From Patescibacteria group bacterium (lineage in GTDB: Bacteria; Patescibacteriota; Minisyncoccia; Phycocordibacterales; EsbW-18), in assembly GCA_038063815.1 (NCBI GenBank), contig JBBTUJ010000003.1:12965-76964 (forward strand): DNA of 64,000 nucleotides. Reading direction: 5' to 3'. The notes beneath the pieces are model-generated. The model did no database searches. It was not told where the DNA came from and worked only from the letters and a program-made list of their open reading frames with translations. Below, piece by piece: positions 45,401 through 55,663 of the stretch (the first letter of the stretch is position 1; each line of letters starts with the position of its first letter). Both the position numbers and the translations under genes were made by a program.

Positions 45401-47704
45401 ATGGAAACATCACGAACATACAAAATAAAAGGCATGCACTGTGCGTCATGTGCGGCAATTATCGAAAAAACATTCAAAAAAACAGATGGCGTGCATTCGG
45501 TGCAGGTCAACTACGGCACAGAGACGGCCAAGGTTGCATTTGACGAATCAAAAACAAATCCAACAGACCTTTCAAAAAAGATAGAGCCACTTGGCTATTC
45601 TCTGCATCTGCCAGATGGCCCAAGCGCCAAGGATATGGGCATGTCCGAGGATGAGCACGCAGAACATCTAGGCCTTAATCAGTCAAAGAAAGAGAAACTT
45701 GCTGAGGTTGCTGATATGAAGGCAAAGGTATTATCTGCAATCCCGCTTACGATAGTCGCCGCCCTTGTTATGGGTTGGGATATTCTCTCTCAATACGGAG
45801 CAGTATCGGGAATGAGTTACGTGGTTAAAGAATTTTTCCATCACATCCTTCCACTGATGGCCACATACACTCTTTTTGTAGTCGGCAAGCCATATCTCCT
45901 TGGTTTTTACCGATTCCTTCGATATGGAAAGGCAAACATGGACACACTCATTGGTATTGGAACAGTCGCAGCTTTCCTATACAGTTTTGCCGTTACGGCT
46001 TTTGAAGAAGTACTTAAACCTTTCATAAACGTTGAGTACCAATACTATGACGTTACGATTGTGGTAATTACTTTCATTGCACTTGGAAAATACCTTGAAG
46101 CACGTTCAAAAATAAAGACGGGTGACGCGATAGAAAAACTTCTTAATCTGCAGGCAAAGACAGCGCTCGTTGTTCGTGATGGAAAAGAAATAGAGATTCC
46201 TGTTACTGATGTGAAGCATGGCGACCTTGTTATCGTAAAACCGGGGGCAAAGATTCCCGTTGACGGAACAGTCACCGAAGGCGTGTCGTTTGTTGACGAA
46301 TCTATGGTGACAGGTGAACCCATGCCAGCTCAAAAAAAAGTGGGCGACAGTGTTGTTGCTGGAACGATTAACACAACTGGCTCGTTTATATTTACAGCGA
46401 CAAAGATTGGCTCGGAAACACTTCTCGCACACATTATTCATATGGTTGAAGAAGCGCAGGGAAGCAAGGCGCCCATTCAAGCCCTTGCGGACAAAATATC
46501 GTCCGTCTTTGTGCCAATCGTGTTAGTTCTTGCGTTTGTAACGCTTGGCGCGTGGCTGGTGTTTGGCACACAATACCTCGGTTTTTCACAAGCGCTTTCG
46601 TTTGGCCTCGTGTCATTTGTTGGAATCTTGGTAATCGCATGTCCGTGCGCGCTTGGGCTTGCGACACCAACAGCAATTATTGTGGGTGTCGGAAAGGGCG
46701 CAAAAGAGGGAATCCTCATCAAAGATGCGGCAACACTCGAGAAGCTTCACAAGGTAGACACGGTTATCGTCGACAAGACGGGAACAATTACAATCGGCAA
46801 GCCAACCCTCGTTGATATTCAAAATTTTTCAAAGCAATCAGACAACGAACTTGTATCAATTCTCGCATCACTTGAGAAAAAGTCGGAGCACCCCATTGCT
46901 CATGCAATTGTTTCGTACGCACAAGAGAAAAACATAAAAACAGAAGATGCCCTCAACTTCGAGGGTATCCAAGGCAAGGGAGTTACGGCGTCAATCGAGG
47001 GCACTGTGTACTATGCGGGGAATGTGGACCTCATCAAGGGTCTTGGTGTGTCATTTGATGCCTCAAAAATTGAACAGTTCACCGCGCAAGGAAAAACGCC
47101 GGTTGTTCTTGCAACAAAAGAAAAGGTTCTCGGATTTGTCATGGTTGCCGATGAAATAAAACCAGAATCAAAACAGGCAATAGCAGATCTACACAAGCTT
47201 GGAATCAAGGTGGTGATGTTGACAGGGGATGACGAGAAGGCGGCAAAACACATGGCATCTCTTGTTGGCATTGATGATGTTGTCGCTCATGTGTTGCCAC
47301 AGGATAAACTGGCCAAGATCAAAGAGTTGCAATCACAAGGCAGAATCGTGGCAATGGCCGGCGACGGTGTCAACGATGCCCCCGCGCTTGCCCAAGCCGA
47401 TGTGGGTATCGCCATGGGAACGGGAACTGATGTGGCAATAGAGTCAGCTGGCATCACGCTTCTTGGTGGAGATATTTCAAAACTTGTAAAGGCAATCAAG
47501 CTCTCAAAAATGACCATGCGCGGGATAAAGCAAAATCTTTTCTGGGCGTTTATCTACAATATTGTTGGAATCCCACTTGCGGCGGGGGCTTTCTATCCAA
47601 TTTTTGGTTGGCTCTTGTCGCCGGTGTTTGCAGGATTAGCAATGGCACTGTCGTCGGTATCTGTGGTGTCAAACTCATTGCGGATTAAAACCAAAAAACT
47701 ATAA
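45401..47704 (+). CDS. copA: Cu(I)-translocating P1B ATPase
   Basis: [36 protein letters not shown] and MALSS. Confidence 0.96.
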   Translation: METSRTYKIKGMHCASCAAIIEKTFKKTDGVHSVQVNYGTETAKVAFDESKTNPTDLSKKIEPLGYSLHLPDGPSAKDMGMSEDEHAEHLGLNQSKKEKLAEVADMKAKVLSAIPLTIVAALVMGWDILSQYGAVSGMSYVVKEFFHHILPLMATYTLFVVGKPYLLGFYRFLRYGKANMDTLIGIGTVAAFLYSFAVTAFEEVLKPFINVEYQYYDVTIVVITFIALGKYLEARSKIKTGDAIEKLLNLQAKTALVVRDGKEIEIPVTDVKHGDLVIVKPGAKIPVDGTVTEGVSFVDESMVTGEPMPAQKKVGDSVVAGTINTTGSFIFTATKIGSETLLAHIIHMVEEAQGSKAPIQALADKISSVFVPIVLVLAFVTLGAWLVFGTQYLGFSQALSFGLVSFVGILVIACPCALGLATPTAIIVGVGKGAKEGILIKDAATLEKLHKVDTVIVDKTGTITIGKPTLVDIQNFSKQSDNELVSILASLEKKSEHPIAHAIVSYAQEKNIKTEDALNFEGIQGKGVTASIEGTVYYAGNVDLIKGLGVSFDASKIEQFTAQGKTPVVLATKEKVLGFVMVADEIKPESKQAIADLHKLGIKVVMLTGDDEKAAKHMASLVGIDDVVAHVLPQDKLAKIKELQSQGRIVAMAGDGVNDAPALAQADVGIAMGTGTDVAIESAGITLLGGDISKLVKAIKLSKMTMRGIKQNLFWAFIYNIVGIPLAAGAFYPIFGWLLSPVFAGLAMALSSVSVVSNSLRIKTKKL

Positions 47705-47739
47705 ACAGGCGCGCTTATTAAAAGTAGTAACTAACAAAT

Positions 47740-48360
47740 ATGACAAATAACAATAATACGGTCTGGCTCGTTTTGGGGGGAATTATAATTGGCCTACTTC
47801 TTGCGCCGTGGCTCATTCCCATGATGGGGTTCGGTTCAATGATGGGGCGGAGAACTAACACAGCATTAAGTCCTCGAACGACAAGCGCCAACTTAATTGA
47901 CCAACATTTTATTGAACAAATGATACCGCATCACGATGGGGCAATTGCTATGGCAAATCTCGCACTTACGAAGGCAACACACCCAGAAATTGAAACATTA
48001 GCGAAAGACATTCTTCTTGCTCAAACAAAAGAAAACTCAGAAATGCGCTTGTGGTATAGGGCGTGGTTTGGTGTAGACGTATCCGTGGACAGTTCCGCCA
48101 TGATGGGTGGCATGATGTCGCAGGGTGGAATGCATATGGGCGGGTTAGAGGACGTAACCACTCTCGACAGCGCAACGGACTTTGACAAAGAGTTTATTGA
48201 ACAGATGATTCCACATCATCAGATGGCTATTATGATGGCGCGAATGCTTGAGTCGGGAACCGATCGCCCAGAAATGTTGGAACTTGCCAAAAACATAATC
48301 GAGTCACAATCACAGGAGATTCAAAAAATGCAGGGTTGGTATCAAGAATGGTATCAATAG
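47740..48360 (+). CDS. DUF305 (CopM-like) His/Met-rich metal-binding protein
   Basis: Two FIEQMIPHH..AI.MA repeats. Confidence 0.88.
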   Translation: MTNNNNTVWLVLGGIIIGLLLAPWLIPMMGFGSMMGRRTNTALSPRTTSANLIDQHFIEQMIPHHDGAIAMANLALTKATHPEIETLAKDILLAQTKENSEMRLWYRAWFGVDVSVDSSAMMGGMMSQGGMHMGGLEDVTTLDSATDFDKEFIEQMIPHHQMAIMMARMLESGTDRPEMLELAKNIIESQSQEIQKMQGWYQEWYQ

Positions 48361-48408
48361 CAAAGAAAAAGGACTTGGCTGATGTGTTAATAAATTTATT
48401 AAAATTAT

Positions 48409-48675
48409 ATGGAAAAACTCTCCCTTAAATCATACGTCTGGAAATGTGTGCTCGGTAGCGAGGTGGTCTATATCCTCTGTCTTCTGGGCGGGTATATTCC
48501 GTGGCGATCAGCGGTGGTGATCGAATTGCACCATCGTCTATTTGAGACGCTCCCGGGTTTTGTGTGGGGTAACTTTGGCAGTGTCATCCTTGGCGCGGTG
48601 TACGTGTTTGTCTTTGCCTGGATATTCGGTAGTTACATGGTCTGGATGTACAACTCAAGTTTGGTGAACAAATAA
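48409..48675 (+). CDS. Small membrane protein (DUF5676-like)
   Basis: YILCLL, LPGFVW, three hydrophobic segments. Confidence 0.65.
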   Translation: MEKLSLKSYVWKCVLGSEVVYILCLLGGYIPWRSAVVIELHHRLFETLPGFVWGNFGSVILGAVYVFVFAWIFGSYMVWMYNSSLVNK

Positions 48676-48689
48676 TAATAAAAGATTTT

Positions 48690-48797
48690 ATGAATAACCA
48701 CGACAATAACGGTCATGATTCAAAAATGATGTGGATGATGGTGCTTTGCTGTTTACTCCCCGTCGTAATCCTCATTGTACTCGCCATTAGCAAGTGA
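48690..48797 (+). CDS. 35-aa His/Met/Cys membrane peptide (absent from ORF track)
   Basis: MNNHDNNGHDSKMMWMMVLCCLLPVVILIVLAISK. Confidence 0.6.
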   Translation: MNNHDNNGHDSKMMWMMVLCCLLPVVILIVLAISK

Positions 48798-48869
48798 TCT
48801 CGTGCAGTATGCAAACAACAACTTTTTTCCAATGAAATCTCCGCTTAAAAAAGCATCACTGTCCTTGTT

Positions 48870-49238
48870 TTGGTGTCATTTATGGCGTTGGCGCTCTTGA
48901 GCTTGACCGCGATGTTGCATGAGTCGGATGGAGGAATGTCGGGCGATTGCCCATTTTCGCCGATGGGCGCGACGTTGTGCCCGCAAGACAGTCTTGCGGA
49001 ACTTGCACACCATATTTCCGCATACCGCATGTTCTTCAACGTGCCAGTGGGCATCGGTTTTACAATTATTGCGTTATTGTTTGCGCTCACCGTACTCCTC
49101 CTTGTTTTCATAGCATCACCGCCACTGCAGCAACCGGTGTTCGTCCGTAGCGACCACGGTGCGCCGCCACTCGATTCCTACCAGAGAAGGATCATTGACT
49201 GGCTCGCACTCTTTGAGAACAGCCCCTCCCACGCATAA
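48870..49238 (+). CDS. Small membrane protein with CPF..CP motif and WLALFENSPS end; 5' end possibly frameshifted
   Basis: Hydrophobic N-terminus, DCPFSPMGATLCP, TM, Pro-rich tail; out-of-frame ATG at 48832 before an A6 run. Confidence 0.6.
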   Translation: MVSFMALALLSLTAMLHESDGGMSGDCPFSPMGATLCPQDSLAELAHHISAYRMFFNVPVGIGFTIIALLFALTVLLLVFIASPPLQQPVFVRSDHGAPPLDSYQRRIIDWLALFENSPSHA

Positions 49239-49333
49239 CGGCCTCCGTAAGCATTCGCTTCCGGGGTGCCGCGCTCGCACGTTTGTTGCGGGTTTTTTTA
49301 TTGTGCAGCCTTACTCGACTCAATCAATAACCT

Positions 49334-49852
49334 ATGAAATCACAAACCATTATCACGATGTTTGCTACACTCGCCCTCGTTGTCGGCCTGTTCGCGTGGG
49401 GATACGCCAACCGCGGAAACCCTGCCACATCAGCTGAAGCGACCGGAGGACGGAGCGGCATCGCAGGTTCACTGGCCATATCGGAGACTTTCTACGACTT
49501 CGGTACGATCTCGATGCGGGATGGCAACGTAACGCGCGAGTTCACCATTACCAATCCTACCCCCGAGGATGTCCTTCTCTCGTCGCTCATCACCTCATGT
49601 ATGTGCACGACTTCGTTCATCGTTACGCCTGACGGCGCTGTGCGAGGTCCGTTCGGCATGCCCGGACACGGCAGAAGCGTGCCTCCGGCGAACGAGACAA
49701 TCAAAGCGGGAGAGAGCCGCATCGTCCGTGTCGTCTTTGATCCAAACGCGCACGGTCCCGCGGGTGTCGGCCGTATCGAGCGTGTTGTCACGATGACCGA
49801 GGCAACAGGAGCAACGGTGACATTCGGTTTCAAAGCGCTCGTAACACCCTAA
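49334..49852 (+). CDS. DUF1573 domain protein
   Basis: YDFGTISM, TSCMCT, FDPNAHGPAGVG. Confidence 0.82.
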   Translation: MKSQTIITMFATLALVVGLFAWGYANRGNPATSAEATGGRSGIAGSLAISETFYDFGTISMRDGNVTREFTITNPTPEDVLLSSLITSCMCTTSFIVTPDGAVRGPFGMPGHGRSVPPANETIKAGESRIVRVVFDPNAHGPAGVGRIERVVTMTEATGATVTFGFKALVTP

Positions 49853-49854
49853 TC

Positions 49855-50634
49855 ATGAAACGACTCATCATTATCGTCTCAGCACTCGTGCTAGCACTGC
49901 TTGGCCTGGTCGCGCTCAAGTTCACGCCAGGATTCGCCGACATGCTCTGGAACGCAAGCAATGGAGGCGTGTGGCTTCTGCCACTCGTCGTCTTCTCGGC
50001 GCTTCTCGACAGTGTCCACCCGTGCAGCTTCTCGATCCTCTTGATCACAATCGCGTTCCTGTTTGGTATCCAAGTGTCACGGAAGAAAATCTTGCAGATT
50101 GGCGGCATCTATATCGCGGGGATATTCGCGGCGTACTTTGCAATCGGCATCGGGCTCCTCAAGGTGCTCCATGTCTTCAACGTGCCGCACTTCATGGGCA
50201 AGCTCGGCGCGGGAATGCTCATCCTCTTCGGCGTCTTGAATCTCTTAGGCGCGCTCTTCCCGAAGTTTCCGATCAAGCTCCGGATTCCGAAGGCGGCGCA
50301 TGCATCCATGACAAAACTCATGGGCGTCGCATCGATGCCAGCGGCATTCGCGCTCGGATTGCTCGTTGGTTTGTGTCAGTTCCCGTGTATGGGCGGCCCG
50401 TACCTCATGGTCGTCGGGCTTCTGCATGACACAGGAACATATACATCGGGATTCGGCTACCTCCTGATGTACAACCTCATCCTCATCGCACCACTTGTCG
50501 CGACTCTGACCGTCGCCGCGAACCCGGCGCTCGTCGATAAGGTGCAGGAATGGAAGACGACACAGATGAAGAGCGTACATCTATGGGCCGGCATCGCGAT
50601 GATCATTATCGGCGTCCTCATCTTCTTTATTTGA
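49855..50634 (+). CDS. CcdA/DsbD-like transmembrane thiol-disulfide protein
   Basis: DSVHPCSF and QFPCMGGPY Cys pair, multiple TM. Confidence 0.85.
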   Translation: MKRLIIIVSALVLALLGLVALKFTPGFADMLWNASNGGVWLLPLVVFSALLDSVHPCSFSILLITIAFLFGIQVSRKKILQIGGIYIAGIFAAYFAIGIGLLKVLHVFNVPHFMGKLGAGMLILFGVLNLLGALFPKFPIKLRIPKAAHASMTKLMGVASMPAAFALGLLVGLCQFPCMGGPYLMVVGLLHDTGTYTSGFGYLLMYNLILIAPLVATLTVAANPALVDKVQEWKTTQMKSVHLWAGIAMIIIGVLIFFI

Positions 50635-50635
50635 T

Positions 50636-51022
50636 ATGACGTTGCTTAAAAAGATCTGTCCGATCTGCGCGCTCGTCTCGCTCACCTGGATGACGATGCT
50701 CACGTTCAAGGGGCTTGGGTACGATATTGATGACGCGCTACTTGCCATGCTCATGGGGGGCAGTGTCGTCGGCATTTCGTACGTGCTCGGTGCGCGCACG
50801 AACCTTACTTCAAGGGTGGCGTTGATGTATTGGAAGCTCGTCGCGATCCCCACTGGGTTTGCTGTGATGTACGCGCTTCTGCAATTCGCGTGGGGTTATT
50901 TCGCGGGTGCGCTTGTCGCATACAGTGTCGCGTGGTGGCTTTTCAAAAGTGCGTCAACGGCACCACGTCGCTCTCTCTATATGGAAGGCATTACAAAAGA
51001 ACTCAATAATTGTTGTGAATAA
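50636..51022 (+). CDS. Membrane protein with CPIC and C-terminal CC
   Basis: ICPICALVS, MGGSVVGI, NNCCE. Confidence 0.7.
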   Translation: MTLLKKICPICALVSLTWMTMLTFKGLGYDIDDALLAMLMGGSVVGISYVLGARTNLTSRVALMYWKLVAIPTGFAVMYALLQFAWGYFAGALVAYSVAWWLFKSASTAPRRSLYMEGITKELNNCCE

Positions 51023-51026
51023 ATCT

Positions 51027-51962
51027 ATGGAAAATCAAATTGTCACTTCGCATGACGCTCGTATGAGCGAAACAGCAAAAAAAGAAAGCCCGTATATCCT
51101 GCCTGCGGCGATTATTGTCGCGGCGGTCATGATCTCGGGGGCGTGGCTCTATAAAACACAAAACCCCACAATTGCCAATCAGAGTGATACCGAAGATACA
51201 GTAAATGCCCTTGTCGACAAGGTACTTCCCGTCGCAGGGGTTGAGCTCCCGGTTTCGTGGGGTGATCTTGGCACACAGATGGTACGCGCGGGCGTGATCG
51301 ATGGTGAGCGGTTTATGGCGCTCTATCGAGAGCGGGGCGCATTCACCGAGGAACTCAAGAGTATGTTGTTTGAAAGCAACAACGGCACGGTTACTATCAC
51401 ACGTGAGAACGCTGACTATCTCCTCAACCTCTTCTGGGCATTGGGTCTTGCAAGCAAGAATACGATTCTTGATACGGGAGAGATGATGACGGCAACAAAT
51501 GGTAATGCGGGCGGCATGGCATCAACCGGAGGATGGACGATGGCCGTGGGCGATGTGATGGATCACTATAGTGCGCACGTGTTCTTCGATTTAACACCAG
51601 AACAACAATCGTTGGTGGATAAAGTGTCGCGCGGTATTTATCGCCCATGTTGTGGCAACTCCACACACTTCCCAGACTGCAACCACGGCATGGCGATGCT
51701 CGGGCTTCTTGAGCTAATGGCATCGCAAGGGATTGGTGAAGAAGAAATGTATAAAGCCGCACTCGCCGTCAATTCGTATTGGTTTCCAGACACATACATT
51801 ACAATTGCAACGTACATGAAAAATAAAGGCATCGCGTGGTCGGATGTTTCTCCTTCAGAGGTGCTTGGCGCACAGTATTCCAGCGGCTCCGGTTTTGAGA
51901 AGATCAAGTCGCAAGTTACACAACCACAACAACAGCAAGGTGGAGGGGGATGTAGTGTGTAA
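51027..51962 (+). CDS. Membrane-anchored Cys-rich conserved protein
   Basis: TM, ASTGGWT, RPCCGNSTHFPDCNHGMA, C-terminal GGGCSV. Confidence 0.75.
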   Translation: MENQIVTSHDARMSETAKKESPYILPAAIIVAAVMISGAWLYKTQNPTIANQSDTEDTVNALVDKVLPVAGVELPVSWGDLGTQMVRAGVIDGERFMALYRERGAFTEELKSMLFESNNGTVTITRENADYLLNLFWALGLASKNTILDTGEMMTATNGNAGGMASTGGWTMAVGDVMDHYSAHVFFDLTPEQQSLVDKVSRGIYRPCCGNSTHFPDCNHGMAMLGLLELMASQGIGEEEMYKAALAVNSYWFPDTYITIATYMKNKGIAWSDVSPSEVLGAQYSSGSGFEKIKSQVTQPQQQQGGGGCSV

Positions 51963-52140
51963 CTGATTGTCGAAAAGTAATCTCGGTGGTACCACCCAAG
52001 TTGGAACAAAGCATTATGGAGGTATAACTCCCCGGTGTCTTTGATGTGAGGTATAATCCACGCATGAAAGATATAAAGAAACTCTTGGATATCAAGGTGA
52101 TGCCGTGTGGGACAGGATTAAAGGCCTAAATAGCATCCCT

Positions 52141-53190
52141 ATGTTTGAAAAACCAAGGCCATCTGATTCTAAAGAGCACCATACTCTAAAACGTTTTCTG
52201 CGCGTTGTTTTTGTGGCCAACATGTTGTTTCTCGGTTCTGAAGCGGCCTTGGCGCATGGACCAAAAAAACCAGTCAGGAGAGCAAAACCAGTTGCGGAAG
52301 CAATTGTACGACAAGAAACACCCCAAACCATTCTTGCGCCGATTCTCGACAATATTACTGCGCAAGAAACGATAGAGAATGTTGTCACTCTAATTGAGAA
52401 TCCCCAAGCAAAAGTCGCCATCCAAGAAGCCGTTGATGAGGTCATGGCTCAACATCCAAATATGATTGTTGTCGCAGAAGCGAAACCGGTCGGGCAAGAT
52501 CTTCAAGAGAATAATGCTGAAGACGCGGAAGAAGAGGTTGGCGTACACGAAGGCCCATTTTGGGAACGGCATCACATTGAAGGAGTAGATGCCAACGGAG
52601 GCATTATCATCAAGCTCGATGATCTGGCTGGATGGCACGCAAGCATACCACTGGGTGAAGAAGGCGAACTTACAATCGGCGGGGGAAATACAGACGATGA
52701 TATCCACATCGAGACAGGATTTGAAGTTGGAAAGCCAATTGTTCTTGGTATGCGGCCAGGTGCACGGGTGGTGTTCTCTCAGAAAGGAAAAGCGCAGTTT
52801 GCTCTTACTCTCAGCGGATCAACAAAAGGTGGACTGTATGTGCGAGGCGGAATGAACGTGGGTAAAATTGGGGGTCACGATGAGGGAGAAGTAGGACACA
52901 CCTTACACGTCGCAGAGGGACATGAGGAGGAAAAGGATATAAAGGACACACATGAGGGAGAGGCCCACGAAGAAGGGGGGCGTCAATCTTTGACTGAAAT
53001 GGTAAGTATTGAACTAGAGAAAGTCGGCGATCGTTTTTCGATTGCTGGAGGATTGGATCATGGGGGCCTCTACGTAATCCCACGTCTTACGATACGCAGT
53101 GACGGCAAGGTGCAGGTTCGTGTGGAAGGGGTCGCACGCGCAGGGGCGCACGGTAAGAGCGCGGCGGCAGCATTGCGGATTTCTTTCTAA
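52141..53190 (+). CDS. Hypothetical secreted His/Glu-rich beta-strand protein
   Basis: Signal-like segment ending ALA-H, HDEGEVGH..GHEEE..HEGEAHEE, C-terminal LRISF. Confidence 0.55.
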   Translation: MFEKPRPSDSKEHHTLKRFLRVVFVANMLFLGSEAALAHGPKKPVRRAKPVAEAIVRQETPQTILAPILDNITAQETIENVVTLIENPQAKVAIQEAVDEVMAQHPNMIVVAEAKPVGQDLQENNAEDAEEEVGVHEGPFWERHHIEGVDANGGIIIKLDDLAGWHASIPLGEEGELTIGGGNTDDDIHIETGFEVGKPIVLGMRPGARVVFSQKGKAQFALTLSGSTKGGLYVRGGMNVGKIGGHDEGEVGHTLHVAEGHEEEKDIKDTHEGEAHEEGGRQSLTEMVSIELEKVGDRFSIAGGLDHGGLYVIPRLTIRSDGKVQVRVEGVARAGAHGKSAAAALRISF

Positions 53191-53275
53191 CTCAACCTCA
53201 ACCAAATGTAGAAGGGATAATCTGTCACGAGATAGAAGACCCTAATGGGGGCATTATGTGGTAAAATGACGAACC

Positions 53276-54310
53276 GTGACAGATTTAAATCAAAAAAAGT
53301 ACACCTTTCACGTTCACGGCATGCACTGCAATGCGTGCGTGCTTATGACAGAAAGCGAATTGAATGATTTGCCAAACGTGGTATCTGCACGCTCAAATCT
53401 CGCACGGCACTCTGTCGAGGTGGTGGGGGACTTTGGCGACAAAACACCAGAACAAATCGCCGAAGAGCTCACTGTGCCACTCAAGTCACACGGCTACACG
53501 GTGTCTGTTGAAAAGCAAAAGCACACAGCCATGTGGAGCGATTTTAAAATTGCGATTCCGATAGCACTCGGATTTGCAATACTTTTCATTCTCTTACAAA
53601 AAATGGGAATTGTGAATCTTATTTCTTCTGGCAATGTCACGTATGGCACGGCGTTTGTAATCGGAATTATTGCGTCGCTCTCAACATGTATGGCGGTTGT
53701 TGGTGGGCTTGTTCTCTCGATGTCTGCCACGTTTGCAAAAGAAGGAGACAAAATACGACCACAGCTGATGTTTCATGGTGGACGCATCGTTTCGTTCTTT
53801 GTGCTCGGTGGCGTTATTGGCGCGCTCGGGTCTACTTTTACACTGGGCACCACAGCCACATTTGTCCTCGGTCTCATTATTGCCATCGTGATGCTTATTC
53901 TTGGCATCAACCTTCTTGATGTTTTTCCGTGGGCAAAAAAATTGCAACCCTCGATGCCACAGTTTATTGCAAAGCATGCTCACGGCGTATCAAAACTCAA
54001 CCATACTCTGACACCGCTTCTTGTTGGTATCGCGACGTTCTTCTTGCCATGTGGATTTACGCAATCGATGCAACTGTATACACTGACAACGGGAGGATTT
54101 TTCGCAGGCGGACTCACGATGCTTGCCTTTGCGCTCGGCACATTGCCAGTCCTTGCGCTTATTAGTTTTAGCTCATTCAGTATTAAAAACAGCTCAAAGG
54201 CAGGCATCTTTTTCAAGTCAGCCGGACTTATTGTGATTATGTTTGCGCTGTTCAACTTCATCAACGGGCTTGTTATCATTGGTTTGATTCCACCGATTTT
54301 TAATTTCTAA
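53276..54310 (+). CDS. HMA domain plus DsbD_2/TauE-like membrane protein
   Basis: GMHCNAC, SLSTCMAVVGG, FFLPCGFTQSMQ, FALGTLP. Confidence 0.88.
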   Translation: MTDLNQKKYTFHVHGMHCNACVLMTESELNDLPNVVSARSNLARHSVEVVGDFGDKTPEQIAEELTVPLKSHGYTVSVEKQKHTAMWSDFKIAIPIALGFAILFILLQKMGIVNLISSGNVTYGTAFVIGIIASLSTCMAVVGGLVLSMSATFAKEGDKIRPQLMFHGGRIVSFFVLGGVIGALGSTFTLGTTATFVLGLIIAIVMLILGINLLDVFPWAKKLQPSMPQFIAKHAHGVSKLNHTLTPLLVGIATFFLPCGFTQSMQLYTLTTGGFFAGGLTMLAFALGTLPVLALISFSSFSIKNSSKAGIFFKSAGLIVIMFALFNFINGLVIIGLIPPIFNF

Positions 54311-54322
54311 TTTGATCGTTCT

Positions 54323-54709
54323 ATGAAAGAAACGATAGCATCTACAATCATTGTTCTTGGAATAGTTGGGGCCGCCTTGGTCTTTACTCGCGGAGGGCGA
54401 GAGGTTGTGACCGATACCCCCATCAACAACACAACAATTGTTGATGGGGTGCAGATTGTAGACATAACAGCAAAGGGTGGATACCTTCCTCGGAAAAGTA
54501 TTGCGAAGGCGGGCATACCGACAATCGCGCGGTTTTCTACGAGCGGGACGTTCGACTGTTCGTCAGCACTTCGTATTCCGAGTATGGATATAAGCAAGAA
54601 TCTGCCATCTTCTGGAGTCACCGATATTGATCTGGGTATTCCAGAATTGGGCACGCTCGAGGGTAGTTGTGGGATGGGAATGTATCCGTTTGAGATTGAG
54701 TTTCAATAG
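54323..54709 (+). CDS. Cupredoxin-like domain protein
   Basis: AKGGYLP, TFDCSS, CGMGMY. Confidence 0.82.
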   Translation: MKETIASTIIVLGIVGAALVFTRGGREVVTDTPINNTTIVDGVQIVDITAKGGYLPRKSIAKAGIPTIARFSTSGTFDCSSALRIPSMDISKNLPSSGVTDIDLGIPELGTLEGSCGMGMYPFEIEFQ

Positions 54710-54757
54710 ATGATCGAAGCGATAGACGAAGAGTCACGATTTTCATACACTGCAAGA

Positions 54758-55576
54758 ATGAAAATCGTTTCTTGGAACGTAAACGGCATCCGCTCTGTCT
54801 TCAAGACGACATTTCTTGAGTGGCTCAAAAAAGAAGACCCCGACATCGTTTGCCTCCAAGAAATAAAAGCAGACGCAAAAGAGCTCGATACAACATTTAG
54901 TGAGATCGATGGTTATTTCGCGTATTTCAATTCGGGAAGCAAAAAAGGACACTCTGGAGTTGCGATTTATACGAAGATAAAACCCGTCGAAGTAGAAATA
55001 CACCTCGGCATCGATCGCTTTGACGAAGAGGGTCGTTGTATCAAACTCACGTTTGACGATTTTATTTTGTTCAATTTCTATATACCGAACGGCGGACGGA
55101 TGAAAGAGAACATGGCGTACAAACTCGATCTTTACTCCAAACTCCTTCTGCTCTTTCGATCACTTGCCAACAAGCCAGTTATTCTTACGGGCGATTTCAA
55201 CATCGCGCACACGGAGATGGACCTGTGCTATCCGAAACAGAATCAAAACAATACGATGTTCACACCTGAGGAGAGAAAACAGATTACAACACTTCTCAAT
55301 CTTGGATACGTAGATGCTTTCCGTTACAAGTATCCCGAGAAAAAGTCCTACACGTGGTGGTCGTACATGTCGGACCTACGAGAACGCGATGTTGGTTGGA
55401 GGATTGACTACTTTTTTGTAACAGAGGCGCTCAAACTCCTCGTTCAAGACGTTTTTTCACAAAGAGAAGTTCTTGGTTCCGACCACGGTCCCCTTGTGAT
55501 GGTACTTAACAAAGATATTGTGATAAAAGAAAGGCCTGTCTATCTAAAAAAGGAAACGCAGCCAATCTTATTCTGA
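54758..55576 (+). CDS. xth: Exodeoxyribonuclease III
   Basis: SWNVNGIR, CLQEIK, GDFNIAH, GWRIDYF, SDHGP. Confidence 0.95.
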   Translation: MKIVSWNVNGIRSVFKTTFLEWLKKEDPDIVCLQEIKADAKELDTTFSEIDGYFAYFNSGSKKGHSGVAIYTKIKPVEVEIHLGIDRFDEEGRCIKLTFDDFILFNFYIPNGGRMKENMAYKLDLYSKLLLLFRSLANKPVILTGDFNIAHTEMDLCYPKQNQNNTMFTPEERKQITTLLNLGYVDAFRYKYPEKKSYTWWSYMSDLRERDVGWRIDYFFVTEALKLLVQDVFSQREVLGSDHGPLVMVLNKDIVIKERPVYLKKETQPILF

Positions 55577-55663
55577 GATACAATGATTAGCACCGCTGTC
55601 GCCGCTGCGGGGTAGAACCAGCCATCTCGATTGTTTGATATAGTGATGTAATAAAACTGTGGT

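Noticed and set aside
52064-52129. 21-aa ORF after TATAAT upstream of the His-rich gene
   Set aside because: Too short to support; could be a leader peptide or a frameshifted 5' end, with no further evidence
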